Shown piece after piece: positions 23,583-36,190 of a stretch of DNA of 64,000 nucleotides; the stretch's first letter is position 1, and every line of letters starts with the position of its first letter. Made by a program: the position numbers and the translations under genes. The DNA is from Pavona decussata (taxonomy: Eukaryota), in assembly GCA_977016875.1 (NCBI GenBank), contig CDRNST010000167.1, positions 1-64,000 of the forward strand, read 5' to 3'. The notes below the pieces were generated by a model. That model was not told where the DNA came from. It saw only the letters and a list, made by a program, of their open reading frames with translations, and did no database searches.

Positions 23583-25319
23583 TCATGCAGTGTACTGTGG
23601 AACAATGCTCTCAATCTCTTTTAGTGCATTTGCAGTCAGTGTTGTGGACATGATGTTTAGGCCAAGGTTTAATCCAATACCTGTTTCATATGTTTTCCCT
23701 TCTTTTGCCTCTTTTCTTGCAGTTTGTTTACAGTTTTGTCTGTGGGCATTGGCTCTTTCCCGTTTAAAAGTTAAAGTTGATTTTCTAATTTTATCTTTAA
23801 GAACTTGACTGGTCATTTTTTCCCCAAATGTAATGCAAAATTTGCCAGGCTCTATGTTAAGGGCTTCAAGGGTTCTACTTATATAGCCATACCGCAAATT
23901 TGTCTGAGCAACCCCACACACCACTCGAAAATCATTACTTTCACTGCCACCATAAAATCTGATCTTTGGATTTTTGGAGCCTATCACACTGTTCAGAGCC
24001 TCATTTCGCTGGTAGTTTGTCATAGGTGCAAGCTTCTCTGCCACAGCATCAGTGCAGTAATCATGCAGTAGGCAGTAATCAGGTCTTTTCCATATGGCAG
24101 ATCTTTATGCCTGTAGAGTGGTCTCCAAAGGCGTGATGAACAATTGACTTAACTGCAGCCTGAATCTTGTTTTGAGCAATAGCATAAGAAAAACATTTCA
24201 CTAAATAGTTAATCACTTTTTGCGATAAAGGGGGAGCAATTGTCAAATTTTTGATTTAGACCAAGGTTGTATAAACGCGTTGTGAGGGATCTTTTCATAT
24301 GTATAATGTCGCTGAATTTTCAACCTTATAAAACACTTTTTGACGTATGTGTGCCTCTGTTGTGGAGTCATCATCGCCTGTGTAAACTGATAACTTAACA
24401 CTTTGGTTTGGAGCTCTGTTAAACAATTCAACCGCTGCAGCAGGCTCCATTGCTTTTGATGAGGCTTCATGATTTTGTCGGCAGTCGTGAGCTTTAGGTT
24501 TTTTTCCCATGGCTTTTGCACTGTCACAAAATCTACAGCTCTTTGTTCTCGTTGTATAGTCCAGGCTCCAGTTGTTCAAAGGCCGGATAACTTTATCCTG
24601 TGGATAAGCCACTATCCGACAGTTTCAATCTGTGCAAATATTTCAGTATTTCTTCTTGTACAAGCGAATATGCACACTCCAACCACAGTTAAGTTTGGGA
24701 GTGAACTAAAACCTTGGACAACATTTAACGTGAAGCATAGTTTAGACACTGAATAGTGCCTTATCCAGTGGATAAAGTTATCCGGCCTTTGAACAACTGG
24801 GGCCTGTACTTTACCAGAAGTTAAGCTCATAACTGCAGCTTGTCCAGTGCGTGAGTTGTGTCCCTTTCCACGTTTCTGCCAGCCCATGTTAAAGGAACAG
24901 GGCATGGGAACGAGATTACTTTCGTCAACCTGAACTCCATTCTGTAAGGCTTCCTTTCTTTCCATATTCAAAAAATCCTGAAAACTGCTTTTTTCAATAC
25001 CTTCAACAGCTTTCCCGACCTCTCTTTCCCTTAGGTTAAATGTGACACAATTTAGAGTTGGGGCATTTAGCGTGGAGAGCACATTGTTTATATGAGTCTG
25101 ACTAATGCCTGCATGAAGACAGCCGAGTGCCACTCTGATAATGTTAAAAGCAGGTGAACCAAGCTGTCCAGATCTGTGTTGTCCAGAAGTTTTGATGTCA
25201 GTCTTTTTACCACAGAACGGACAAATTATTGCAAATGTGCTGGCGAGGCCATGTTGTTTTTCACTGATCACATTGTAAAATGAAAGTGGACCCAAGTGAT
25301 GCAAGTGAAGTGAAAACAA
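23583..25319 (-). pseudogene. Kolobok/'Mutator-like (PF20700-type)' DDE transposase, interrupted by a MITE
   Basis: GLASTFAIICPFCG; MGWQKRGKGHNSRTG..SGKV|LDY..RTKSCRFC; HDCRQNHEASSKAME; YTGDDDS; QRNEALNSVIGSKNPK. Confidence 0.85.
24565..24803. mobile_element. MITE (239 bp, about 44-bp TIRs, CWG flanks; PIF/Harbinger-like)
   Basis: GCTCCAGTTGTTCAAAGGCCGGATAACTTTATCC... is inverted at both ends. Flanks are CAG and CTG. Splits the transposase motif GKV|LDY. Confidence 0.9.
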
Positions 25320-26324
25320 GCTTTGAGTAAATAATGCATATTTAGAATATTTGATGTTTTGTTGCAGGAGAAGTAGATGTATTTAATGAAAATGATTTAC
25401 TTTTAGTCTCCCTACTCGCTGTTTGCTTATGCCTTTCAAAATGCTTTCTAAAGAGTTGGGCTACAGAAATGAGAGATAAGACATTTTTGTTCTGGATTAG
25501 ATTTCTGCCCATGCATTACTGCTTAATTATATGCCTCAGTACTTTCGTGCTATTCCTCTTACAGTGAAGGTTGTGTGGCATTAAAGGCACTAAATAAAAC
25601 CTTGTGGTAACCAATAAATTGCGGGTTTACAATATGTAACATCAAGAGCGGATACAAGGAGGGAGATTATAATTAAGCTGAAAAGCAGATCCAGAAGTCC
25701 AGTCCAGTTCAATTCATTCTCTATATTTTTAATGAAAACATAATGGTTCACGTTTACCTGATCGTCAGTGAGAGCAGCTTTGGAGACTATTCCGAAATGT
25801 CTTGAGGTCAATGAGACGAGTTTCGTGGGAAATAGCTTCTTCTCTTTCGGCTGTGGCCTGCTATAAGCACAAAAAAATGATGTTTCCTAAATTATTTTGC
25901 GCATGTTGTGTACTGCCGGTGAAAAAAAATTCTTCTAAAGCGATACCGAGTCAGCTGCTTACCTGGATGCTTCTTGTGTTACGTTTAAGGGCTGGTTCGT
26001 TTTCGTCGGTGCAGTTTTCAAACTCCAGTGTCCTTTTTGCGACATAATTTTTATTTGCGTTACTTTCACTGCTTTTGTGAAGTGCCCATTCATGCTGCGC
26101 TTTCCATGGTGCAATGGGGAGGCCAAGGGAGATTGGGAGAAGCTATGACTGCCAAGTGATCTGGGCAGTGAATTTCCTTCTTCCGTATCTTGAGAGCTAG
26201 CTGCAACCATCCCAAAGACTGTGAAAACAATATTAGGAAAGTTCCTGCTTTGTTTACGATACGAATCACTTTCACGAGGATCGATACTTTGAGGCCAATA
26301 ACAGGTAACTTGTATAGAGACATA

Positions 26325-27126
26325 GGGCGCTTTCCATTCAGTCAAAATTTCCGAGATTTCCGGTCAGAAATCCAATGGAACGGGAAAAGTTCCGGAAAGA
26401 ATTTCCGAAAATTTAGGACTACCTTTTGAGCTTACCCTTCTTTCCGAAATTTCCGGAATTACCGAATTTTCTGTGTTCCATTCGCGATGAGTGTCGGATT
26501 TAGTCTCCCCGGCCAGCCGAGCGCGAACGTCATGTAAGCCGAAAGAGCCGCAAACAAAATGGCTACGGAAGTGTATCAATGTTCTGCTTGTGGTTTTTTG
26601 TCTGAGATTTTCGACGTTTTCTTAAACCACGAATGTCACTTACCTACGACCAGCAACGGTAGGTTTACATTCAATCCAGGTCACGCGTAAACAGTATTTC
26701 CAAGAATGAAATGAACATTCGAATTTCTCTTTGTAATGTCCGACGTGTGAATGGAATGTTGGACATTTCTCTGGAAATCGTTCCGAAAAAAGACGCATTA
26801 ACTGAAAAAAAGATTCAAAATACTAGGGAAACAATTGTTATTCTTTAAATAAAAAATTTTGCAATGTAAAGAAAAATTCATAGCTTTATACCGTCAATAA
26901 GCTAGGGAAATTTATAAGGGAACTCTGAAATCTCGTTGGCGATTTTCAAATTAAACTGACATGTAAATTTCTAAACTCCGTTCAAATTTCAAAAATATCG
27001 TTCACGCGTGACCTGGGTTGACTGTAAGCCTCCTCACGTGATTCACAAGTTCAGGGACCCGTTCCATTTGACCAGCAGAAATTCCGAAATCTTGAACCGG
27101 TTTTTTTTGTTGAATGGAAAGCGCCC
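26325..27126. mobile_element. MITE/non-autonomous element (802 bp, 3-bp ATA TSD; PIF/Harbinger-like)
   Basis: TIR GGGCGCTTTCCATTCA / TGAATGGAAAGCGCCC; ATA on both flanks; subterminal inverted aatggaacggg/cccgttccatt. Confidence 0.88.
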
Positions 27127-28215
27127 ATAGTCTCTTTTTCGAAATCTACGACCTATGCGAGCCAAACACCTTGCATTGCGAGCTTCAAGCAAGTTTATGA
27201 AGTTTTTTTCGGACAATGTTACGAAACAGGGAAGCCATCTTTACATTTTTTGCGTGGACGTAGTGCGGATATTGCGCAGATTTTAAAACTCGCGCCATAC
27301 TAGTGCTCAGTTTACGCACAGTCATAAAACTCTAGGGACCGACCTTAAGCTCTTCCTCATAAAAACACCTGTTTATAAATTACACTTCCATAGACAAGTT
27401 GTGTATTCCATCTTCCTAATACTGGTAAGTGAAGACTTTGTTAACTTATATTTCCCTTTCAGTAATACATTATCACAATAAAGTTACACATACTGTTTGC
27501 GATCTTGTTTTCAATTTTTCTGAGTACCGATGAGGAATGTGATGGATGACTACATCTCTCAAGGGATTGAATTTTGGGAGGTATTTGCAGACTATTCTGC
27601 TCACTAGCACTGCCCATCTGTGCTTGAGACATTCTAGTGTTGTTTGGTCGGGAAAAAGATCAATTAAATCAAATGGACTTCTTTAAGGGGATTTTGTGGT
27701 CTTGTAGTGTCTAAATTGGGCTCATTGACCCTGTTCAGGACAGCATATTGCTGTGTCCAGTGAATAGAGCGGTTGCTGCACTTTGAATTCTGGCCATCAA
27801 ATCAATATTGTCTCCCACCAACCTAAACATAATATTAACAATTATATGCCCTAATACGTTTTCTGCAATTAATTTATTAGAATGCATGTTATTCAAAAAA
27901 ATTTAAATCTTCTAATTTATTATACAATAAGCTTATTGCCAAGGGTAAAAAATAAGAAATGAATCCTTAATATCAACTGCAAGTTCTAACTGCAGGTTTT
28001 TTTGGTTCAAAAATTAACCCTCAGCATTGTTGTTGCGGCTTTAGATTTCACAAAATAACCAGTTTGGCAGTTTCTATTGACAACGTAAATATCTGTCGTA
28101 TGGCAGGTTTACTTCGGCAATTTTTGTTGCTACTACCAAATCCTGGTCAGTTAGAACATCTTTTCCAGACGCGTTTTACAGACGCTGAGAAGATTCTCTT
28201 GGCAGAATTTGAAGC

Positions 28216-30969
28216 CACTAGGCTCAAAGAAGTTGTATTTCTTGATGGTTTATCTGAGAATTTGATCTGTGCTCGCATGATCTCGTCCCCATGATGACCA
28301 ACTTGCTTTTCTCTAACTTCCTTCAATAACAGACTCTCTACGTTCACTTTTTCGATCTCCTTCTTCCAATGACACACCTTCAATTCACAGCTCTCACTGA
28401 TCTTCCTCTGGAATTCGACAATCATATATGGAGACATGCAGACACCCAATTTATTTACCAAATGTAGATGGTCATACTTGACACCGCTATGACAGAGAAT
28501 TGCTGAAATGCGGTAAGCAACTGCTGACATAAGGGGGTTTTTTCCTCTAGCAGCAACTGTTATCAAAGCCACTGAGTTGGTTTTCTTGATATCCGGCTCC
28601 GATGGATTTTGCATATTACACGCACCTTTGACACAATTCTTCAAGAATGGACACCAAACTCCCGCCTCATGAACCATTCAAAATTGAAAATTCAGCCAAA
28701 TCTTCGGGTCTGGACTTCTTGAACACTGAATCTGTAACATCATTACAGCACTCTTGAAATTCCCTGCCAACAGTTTTTCTTAGAGGATCCTAATTTCAAC
28801 CCGTACATTTGGATGTGCGAACGCCAAATTGGCAACCGTTTTCCACCTTCTTCTACATAGATTTGCGATCATCGATTTTGTTTTATCTTGAAACGAGCTA
28901 AACATTTCGACACGTCCACTTGGGTTGACAATTACTACTTTCACTTCTGTAGTGGTACTTTCAAGTAAATCTTCCACGTTCAGGTTAGAGGAAGCAATTT
29001 CAGTAGCTTCCTGAGGTGAGATTTCCAGGATTTTGTAACGTTCCAACTTTGAGGGTGCTCCAACTGCACAAGCAAAATTCGAGGAAAAGTTTGGTAGGAC
29101 AAGCTTCAAATGGAATGACATCTACAGATTACTTTTTACAGTAGCTTTGAATACAAAATTTTTTGAACAGATACTTAGTTACAAACACCTTTCTTCACGA
29201 AGTTGGGTTGAAACCGACAGCATTGTGTACGTTTTGTGGTGAAGAGAGCGAAACCCTTGAGCATTTATTCATTTCATGCTGCATAACAGAGAGATTTTGG
29301 CTGGAATTTATTCACTGGTGCAATAATATACACATTGAACTTGAAAAACTATTTGAGGTCGATAAGCTTTTTGCAATTTGGGACAGAAAAGAGGATTTCT
29401 CTTACTTAACCATCTACTTATCATTGCCAGGCAAAATATTTACGATTGTAGAAGCAAACTTATTCACCCGTAGCTGAGATTATTTATCTCTAAAGTTTAT
29501 TATATTTATTAAATAGAATTTAAGATCAACAAATTCACCAAACATGAATCCAGTTTTAACCGGAAATGGAACAAGTATATCACCAGTTTCACTAGGTTCA
29601 AAGAAGTTGTATTTCTTGATGGTTTATCTGAGAATTTGATCTGTGCTCGCATGATCTCGTCCCCATGATGACCAACTTGCTTTTCTCTAACTTCCTTCAA
29701 TAACAGACTCTCTACGTTCACTTTTTCGATCTCCTTCTTCCAATGACACACCCTCAATTCACAGCTCTCACCGATCTTCCTCTGGAATTCGACAATCACA
29801 TATGGAGACATGCAGACACCCAATTTATTTACCAAATGTAGATGGTCATACTTGACACCGCTATGACAGAGAATTGCTGAAATGCGGTAAGCAACTGCTG
29901 ACATAGTGGGGTTTCTTCCTCTAGCAGCAACTGATGTTATTAAAGCCACTGAGCTGGTTTTCTTGATATCCGGCTCCGATGGATTTTGCATATTACACGC
30001 ACCTTTGACACAATTCTTCAAGAATGGACACCAAACTCCCGCCTCATGAACCAACACTTTATTTGAAAATGAAGCCAAATCTTCGGGTCTGGACTTCTTG
30101 AACACTGAATCTGTAGCATCATTACAGCACTTTTGAAATTCCCTGCCAACAGTTTTTCTTAGAGGATCCTAATTTCAACCCGCACATTTGGATGTGCGAA
30201 CGCCAAATTGGCAACCGTTTTCCACCTTCTTCTATATAGATTTGCGATCATCGATTTTGTTTTATCTTGAAACGAGCTAAACATTTCGACACGTCCACTT
30301 GGGTTGACAATTACTACTTTCACTTCTGTAGTGGTACTTTCAAGTAAATCTTCCACGTTCAGGTTAGAGGAAGCAATTTCGCTAGCTTCCTGAGGTGAGA
30401 TTTCCAGGATTTTGTAACGTTCCAACTTTGAGGGTGCTCCAACTGCACAAGCAAAATTCGAGGAAAAGTTTGGTAGGACAAGCTTCAAATGGAATGACAT
30501 CTACAGATTACTTTTTACAGTAGCTTTGAATACAAAATGTTTTGAACAGATACTTAGTTGCAAACACCTTTCTTCACGAAGTTGGGTTGAAACCGACAGC
30601 ATTGTGTACGTTTTGTGGTGAAGAGAGCGAATCCCTTGAGCATTTATTCATTTCATGCTGCATAACAGAGAGATTTTGGCTGGAATTTATTCACTGGTGC
30701 AATAATATACACATTGAACTTGAAAAACTATTTGAGGTCGATAAGCTTTTTGCAATTTGGGACAGAAAAGAGGATTTTCTCTTACTTAACCATCTACTAA
30801 TCATTGCCAGGCAAAATATTTACGATTGCAGAAGCAAACTTATTCACCCGTAGCTGAGATTATTTATCTCTAAAGTTTATTATATTTATTAAATAGAATT
30901 TAAGATCAACAAATTCACCAAACATGAATCCAGTTTTAACCGGAAATGGAACAAGCATATCACCAGTTT
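28216..30969. repeat. Local tandem duplication of about 1.38 kb (28216-29589 / 29590-30969)
   Basis: Transposase segment plus LINE 5' part repeated at offset 1374-1380, with scattered substitutions and small indels. Confidence 0.95.
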
Positions 30970-31281
30970 AAGTGCTTCATAGCGGCACCCAGGTCTTTAT
31001 TTCTCCCATTTAGTTACTTTTGTTATCAATTCTATTGTTATCATCATTTTATTTTGCTGCCATGTAACCTTTAATAATGTAAGAAGGTGTAGCGTCTTTT
31101 AGGTTGTATGATATTTCTGTTAAATACATATTGTATGTGCCACAATTTATTAACTAGCAAGTTTGGTTTTGTGCATGTCTGTGTTTAAGTGTAAAGTATT
31201 ATATTGTAAGTAGCGTAAGCATTATATTGTTAAGTAGTGTAAGTAATATGTTGTGAATAATAATAATAATAATAATAATAG
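30413..31281 (+). mobile_element. 5'-truncated L1/Tx1-clade LINE with (TAA)n tail; partial duplicate at 29034-29589
   Basis: zf-RVT motif CTFCGEESESLEHLFISC, LLNHLLIIARQNIY, TGTAA-rich 3' UTR, (TAA)n tail. Flanked by a 41-bp duplication at 30372-30412 / 31282-31322. Confidence 0.88.
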
Positions 31282-32197
31282 AGCAATTTTGCTAGCTTCC
31301 TGAGGTGAGATGTCCAGGATTTCATTTGGTTTGTGCGAAGTAATGCCCACTGGAGGCACCTTATTAAATGTGAACAATTTCTTTGCTCCTGTGCTTTTTT
31401 CTAAAGTTTTGCGTCCTTTTCTTGCTAGAGGACTTCTGTCTGGCAAAGAAACGGTAGTTGCTAAGAATTGACTTAATCTGCCTGAATCATCATCACTTTT
31501 GATCGCAGTGTTTTCCTTATCTCTTTCCAGCTTCGAGTGGATGAAATTATAAAGTTCGAATGCATTCCTTATTTTTCTTCCACAGGTATGGCATACACGA
31601 TCAGAAAACATGTCTGATCAGGCTATTTTCAATCTGATCCATGACGAAAGTTCTGCTTAAGTCACATTTTGACACCCTTTACACTTCGAAGTCTTGAAGA
31701 GGTTTTGGGTAGAGATACAAGAAGTCTTCTGAAATTCTCTTATTTAATCTTCAGTTAGCAAGAGCACAATCCACAGTTATCATTGACACTTGTTGTGCAT
31801 CGAGAACTGGAAAGCTTTTCTCCCTTGACAGGCTTTTTCAGAGTGTCGGCCTTCGCTGCCATCGAAAAAACGGAATTTCCAGGATATGTTTTGATAGCCA
31901 GCTGCCCCATCACTTTCCCGCCAACTTTGCAACTGAGAAAGTTTCATTTTACCATCTGTCATCTGATTGGTTGAGTTAACTGGATATTGACAGGTTGTCA
32001 AATGTGTAAATTTTGGGGGCATCAGTGGTAAATGACTGGAATCCAGGCTGGTGGTTCCTCGTTGTGAAGCCACACGCTGACGCAGCTTCACTGCAACTGT
32101 CGCAACTCTCACCCCGTATCCCCCGCAGCTGGACCACTCGTTCTAGCCGGCTTTGCCTACCAACAAAAACTGCCAGCTACACAGGCTAAGTCTGGAG

Positions 32198-33552
32198 CTG
32201 TCTTGTGTTTGATGGGGTCTTTGTCATACAGTGAATTGTTTCAAGTTTCTCCTTGGCCGGTTGGGTTCCATTCTCAGTCAGAGCGTGTCCAAAGAAGTCA
32301 ACTAGTGTCTGCTTGAACTGCAACTTTTCAGAGTTCAGGCTGACTTTGTGTTTGTGAGTGGCCTTGAGCATTTCACGGAAGGCTTGGTCGTGCCTTGATT
32401 CGGTTGAGCCACATACCAAGATGTCGTTAGCAATGCCCGTTACATTGGGGATGTCTTTGTACACCTTGTGAAGTTTGCAATGGATGATGTCTTGGGAGAG
32501 CTTGACCCTGAAGGGTAATCGTGTAAAAGGTTCCGTCCAAAGGGGGTGTTAAATATGGATAGCAAGCTTGATACATGGTCCGAAGCTACATGCCAATAAC
32601 CTTTTTTGCTATCGCCGATGGAGAAGAACTTCTTTCCATGCAGCTGCGGCAGGAGCTCATCAATGGTATGGGTGTAATAATGCTCTCGAAGTCTATTCCT
32701 GTTAAGGTCTTTTGGGTCAAGGCAAAGTCTCATCTTCTTTTTGCCTTTTGGGTTTCTTTGATGTTACATACAATCAAGTTTACCCAGTTGGTTGGTTCGT
32801 TCACGACAGTGATGACATCATCTGTGATCATTTTGTCAAGCTCCTCCTTGTAAAGGAATGTGTGTACTGGAACAGTGGCAGCGGGTGAATGACTGGAATT
32901 GGGTCTTCAATTAGTTGAATGTGGTACTTCTCTCCGGGGAAACAACCTAACTTGTCGAAGCAATGTTGGTACTCTTCCAAGACAGTTGGCTTAGATAGCT
33001 GACCGTGGTGTGCCTCAGCTACTGTCCTGGTTGGAGGAATGGTACTAACTTCATCTAAATTTGCTGATATTATTCCCAGGTCTTGCGACTGTCTGCAACC
33101 CAGCATGGATGGGCTTCCTGGGGCTTCCACGGTGTTGAGTTTGATGGTGGCTGACTTGTCCTTAAAGGAGACTTTTAAGATAGCTGCACCAATGTTTCCT
33201 ATCTGAGAGTCTCCATATCCTCTTAAAACATTGCTTCAGGGAAGGATATCAATCGGAGAAGGGAAGTGCTGGAGATCTGTGGTAGTGATCACGCTGGCAT
33301 CTGCTCCAGTATCTACTTTCAGGCTCATGTTGTGGTGTTCATAGATCTTAACCTTGGCCTAAATCTTGTCTGGATGGCTGTCAAGGGAATTGAGTGATAT
33401 TTCTTGCGTTTGCTGGCCCTTTGTTGAGGTGAGGGTTCCAAGGAATACAGTGACAGGTTCAGTGTCGCTTTTTTCTTCTTTTGGTTCCTCTTCATAAGTG
33501 TACCCATCATAATTGTCATCCAAGGGGTACTCATCTTCTAGACAGGGAATCA
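32198..33552 (-). pseudogene. pol: Gypsy C protease-RT region
   Basis: KVDTGAD (about 33310), RLCLDPKDLN, KKGYWH, FNTPFGR, GIANDILV. Confidence 0.88.
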
Positions 33553-35256
33553 TTTTCTTGATCCCAAAAAAATTAAGATCCTCTACTGCTTAAAAACTGG
33601 CGCCCTATCACTCTTTTAAATGTAGATTATAAATTAGCAGCCAAATGTATTGCAAGGTGTTTAGAGAAGGTTCTTCCGCATCTGATAGAGCAGGATCAGA
33701 CAGGATACATCAAAGGTAGTGTATTGGCGAAAACATCCGGGTAATTTCAGATTTAATTGAACAACATGAAAATAAAGACGGTAGGATACTTTTCTTAGAC
33801 TTTGAAAAGGCCTTTGAATGGGGTTACCTTTTCAAGGTGCTAGACCTCATGAACTTCGGCCCTAGTTTCCTTAACTGGATTCACACTTTCTACAAGAACA
33901 TCTCCAGCTGTGTTATTAACAATGGTTACTCCTCAGATTTTTTTCTTTACAGAGAGGAGTAAGACAAGGATGCCCCCTTTCAGGACTACTCTTCGTTCTT
34001 GCGGTAGAACCACTCGGCCATCAGATCAGAATCTCCGAATCTATCAAAGGTCTTGAAAATGGGAATAAGATCACCAAACTCAGCTTGTATGCTGATGACA
34101 CCACCGCTTTTATCCGCGACGATTTATCTGCAGCTTCCTTATTTGATCTGCGCGATCAATTTGGCGACCTCTCCGGCTTGAAAATAAATAAGTCGAAAAC
34201 CAAGGGTTTGTGGCTAGGTGTGTGGAAGTGTAAACTAGGCAAAGGCGAGCCTTTCGGTATTTGAAGGCCAAAGCAGTATGGAAGAGCAAAATCCAATGTA
34301 ATAACCTGATGGGTAGTGAACCATTCAAGTCGCTTGCCGAGAGGGACACTATCCTCTCCACTAAAAGGGCTCGTTTGATACTCAGGGAACATTCTTTCCC
34401 CCCGGCTCGTTTGTTGAAATCAATCTAAGTAAACAGGTGCCAAATGTCAAGGACACCTACGAACTTCCTTTTAAAGTCACTGTTGAAAACAAGTTGACAA
34501 ACTTTGAGTTTAAAATTATACATAACATCTTACCAACCAATCTCTCTCTCTCATTATAAAATGAACATAAAAGAAACACCACAATGCGAGCACTGCCTCT
34601 TTCAAAATGAAAATCTTTTTCATGTTTCTTGAGTGCCCTGTAGTTGAATCATTTTGGAAAGAAGCCGTAAGGTGGTGGAATATAAAGCGTTGAGATAATA
34701 TTAATCCCAACTACTCTGAAATCCTTTATGGCTACAAACCTGAATCTAACAGCTTTTACGCGTAAAATTATTATGTTCTCATTGCTAAATATCATATATT
34801 CCTCACAAGAAATCAGTCAGAGTCTCCGAGTTTAAAGGTCTTTCTTGCCTTACTGGAAAGTAAAATCAAATATGAAAAACAATTGGCCATTAAAAACTAA
34901 GACTGTGGAAAATACGAAGCTAAGTGGACCACTCTCTGCGTATGCGATGTGTAATTTTTTCTCTCTCCTTGTCTATCTTCTTTGCACCTGTCTATTACCA
35001 ACCCTTTTCTATGTTTCCGACATGGTTGTATTGTGTCGTTGTAAATCATGTAATCAGTAATGAACTTAAGCGTATTGTTTGTTTTTATTTTAACGCAGTG
35101 TAATATATAGCAAATAATGTAATGTAAGTAAGTAAATGTAAGTGCAGTGTAATGTAAGATAGCGTTGTAGTGCTTTGTAGATAATCTAAGTATTGTAAGT
35201 ACTGTAGTGTAGTTGTTAGTACTCAAGTACAGTAAGCATTTATTGTAAACGTGAAG
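33553..35256 (+). mobile_element. L1/Tx1-clade LINE fragment (RT core, internal deletion, 3' end)
   Basis: Hand translation across frameshifts: [43 protein letters not shown] zf-RVT remnant and TGTAA-rich tail follow. Confidence 0.88.
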
Positions 35257-35775
35257 TGTGAAGGTCAGATTTCTCGTCACCTTTGGAAATTATCTTCATT
35301 TGTGCTTTCATCAACTTTTGCGAGGTGGTAGACTTGCTTGAAGGTTAGCCCGTTGCCAAGTGCAATTGCATCTTTGCGTACTTTATCAGGCGTTTCTGCA
35401 TGCACACTCTTGGATAATGGCCGGTCTTGTCACAGTGCTTGCACTTGAAATTTTTGGCGGGGCAACTTGCTGTTCTATCATGGGTGTTTCTGCACCTGAA
35501 GCATCCTTTTGACTTGAACTGAAGTCGACAAGGTTTTCTTCCAGTTGAAGCTTTTTGATTTTGGTCGCCGTAAGGAGGTTGATGTTTGAAGCTCTGTCTT
35601 GGTGGGTTTTGGGTCGTCAGTATGCAGATTCTCATTGAACTGTGTGAAGGTCAGATTTCTCGTCACCTTTGGAAATTATCTTCATTTGTGCTTTCATCAA
35701 CTTTTGCGAGGTGGTAGACTTGCTTGAAGGTTAGCCCGTTGCCAAGTGCAATCTTATCTTTGCGTACTTTATCAG
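35257..35775. repeat. About 133-bp direct repeat of a gag segment (35257-35389 / 35642-35775)
   Basis: gtgtgaaggtcagatttctc...gcgtactttatcag occurs twice, nearly identical. Confidence 0.92.
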
Positions 35776-36190
35776 ACGCCACGCTGAATACCAGTGTATC
35801 TCGGAGGGCATTTCTTTAGCAGCAGGATCGTATCCGCCATTTTCAACTAATAGTCGCGCTTCGGCTTCCTACAGTGGTCTATCTCCCTGCTTTAGGCAAC
35901 GAAGTTGATGTCTGGCGAGGATTTGATTACTTTGGGGCTTTATGTAAGCCTCTAGGGCCGCCATAACTGGAGTGATCTTCACCGTCGTTAGCCCATGTGG
36001 GCGTGTTGTAGATCTCGAGGCCTTTGTCGCCTATCCATAACATCAGCAATCTCACCTTTTTCGCCTCTTCGACTTTGTCAAGCGCCCCCGCGAAGATAAG
36101 TTCGCATTTCTGTTTGAAGAGTTTAAAATGCTTGTGGATATCTACTGGAGTGGTCCAGTCCATCGATGGGGGTTTGAATCGATCGGCCAT
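35390..36190 (-). pseudogene. gag: Gypsy C gag
   Basis: MADRFKPPSMDW..FKLFKQKCELIFAG; knuckles CFRCRNTH and CKHCDKTGHYPRVC. Confidence 0.88.

Larger units (their letters stand above)
21832..27344 (-). mobile_element. Kolobok-type DNA transposon, copy 1
   Basis: TTAA TSD at 21828-21831 and 27345-27348. GG...CC termini: GGTGGCTCCCTGGAGTATTTA / rc GGTCGGTCCCTAGAGTTTTA. DDE transposase on the minus strand. Confidence 0.85.
27349..31800 (-). pseudogene. AcademH transposase N-terminal half, fragmented
   Basis: SDRVCHTCGRKIRN; ARGRNPTMSAVAYRISAILCHSG..VNKLGVCMS; LVGDNIDL (about 27820, first catalytic Asp region); IPHRYSEKLKTRS (about 27520). Confidence 0.75.
21320..32188. mobile_element. AcademH DNA transposon (internally deleted; RecQ-like helicase + Academ transposase)
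   Basis: TIRs TAGCCTGcatAGCTaGCgGTTTTTGTTGG / rc TAGCCTGtgtAGCTgGCaGTTTTTGTTGG. 9-bp TSD ggtctggag (21311-21319) / agtctggag (32189-32197). Helicase on +, transposase on -. TAG termini with a 9-bp TSD and a helicase are AcademH hallmarks. Confidence 0.88.

Noticed and set aside
24469-24806. Shared peptide VQAPVVQRPDNFI on both strands
   Set aside because: It is the translation of the MITE terminal inverted repeats.
28780-29121. Four-copy novel small-protein family (also 30159, 47032, 48411)
   Set aside because: Chance fusion of antisense LINE sequence to an Academ transposase fragment, multiplied by two duplications.
31222-31611. Poly-Leu transmembrane tail on an ORF (also 49470-49871)
   Set aside because: It is the antisense reading of the LINE (TAA)n tail.
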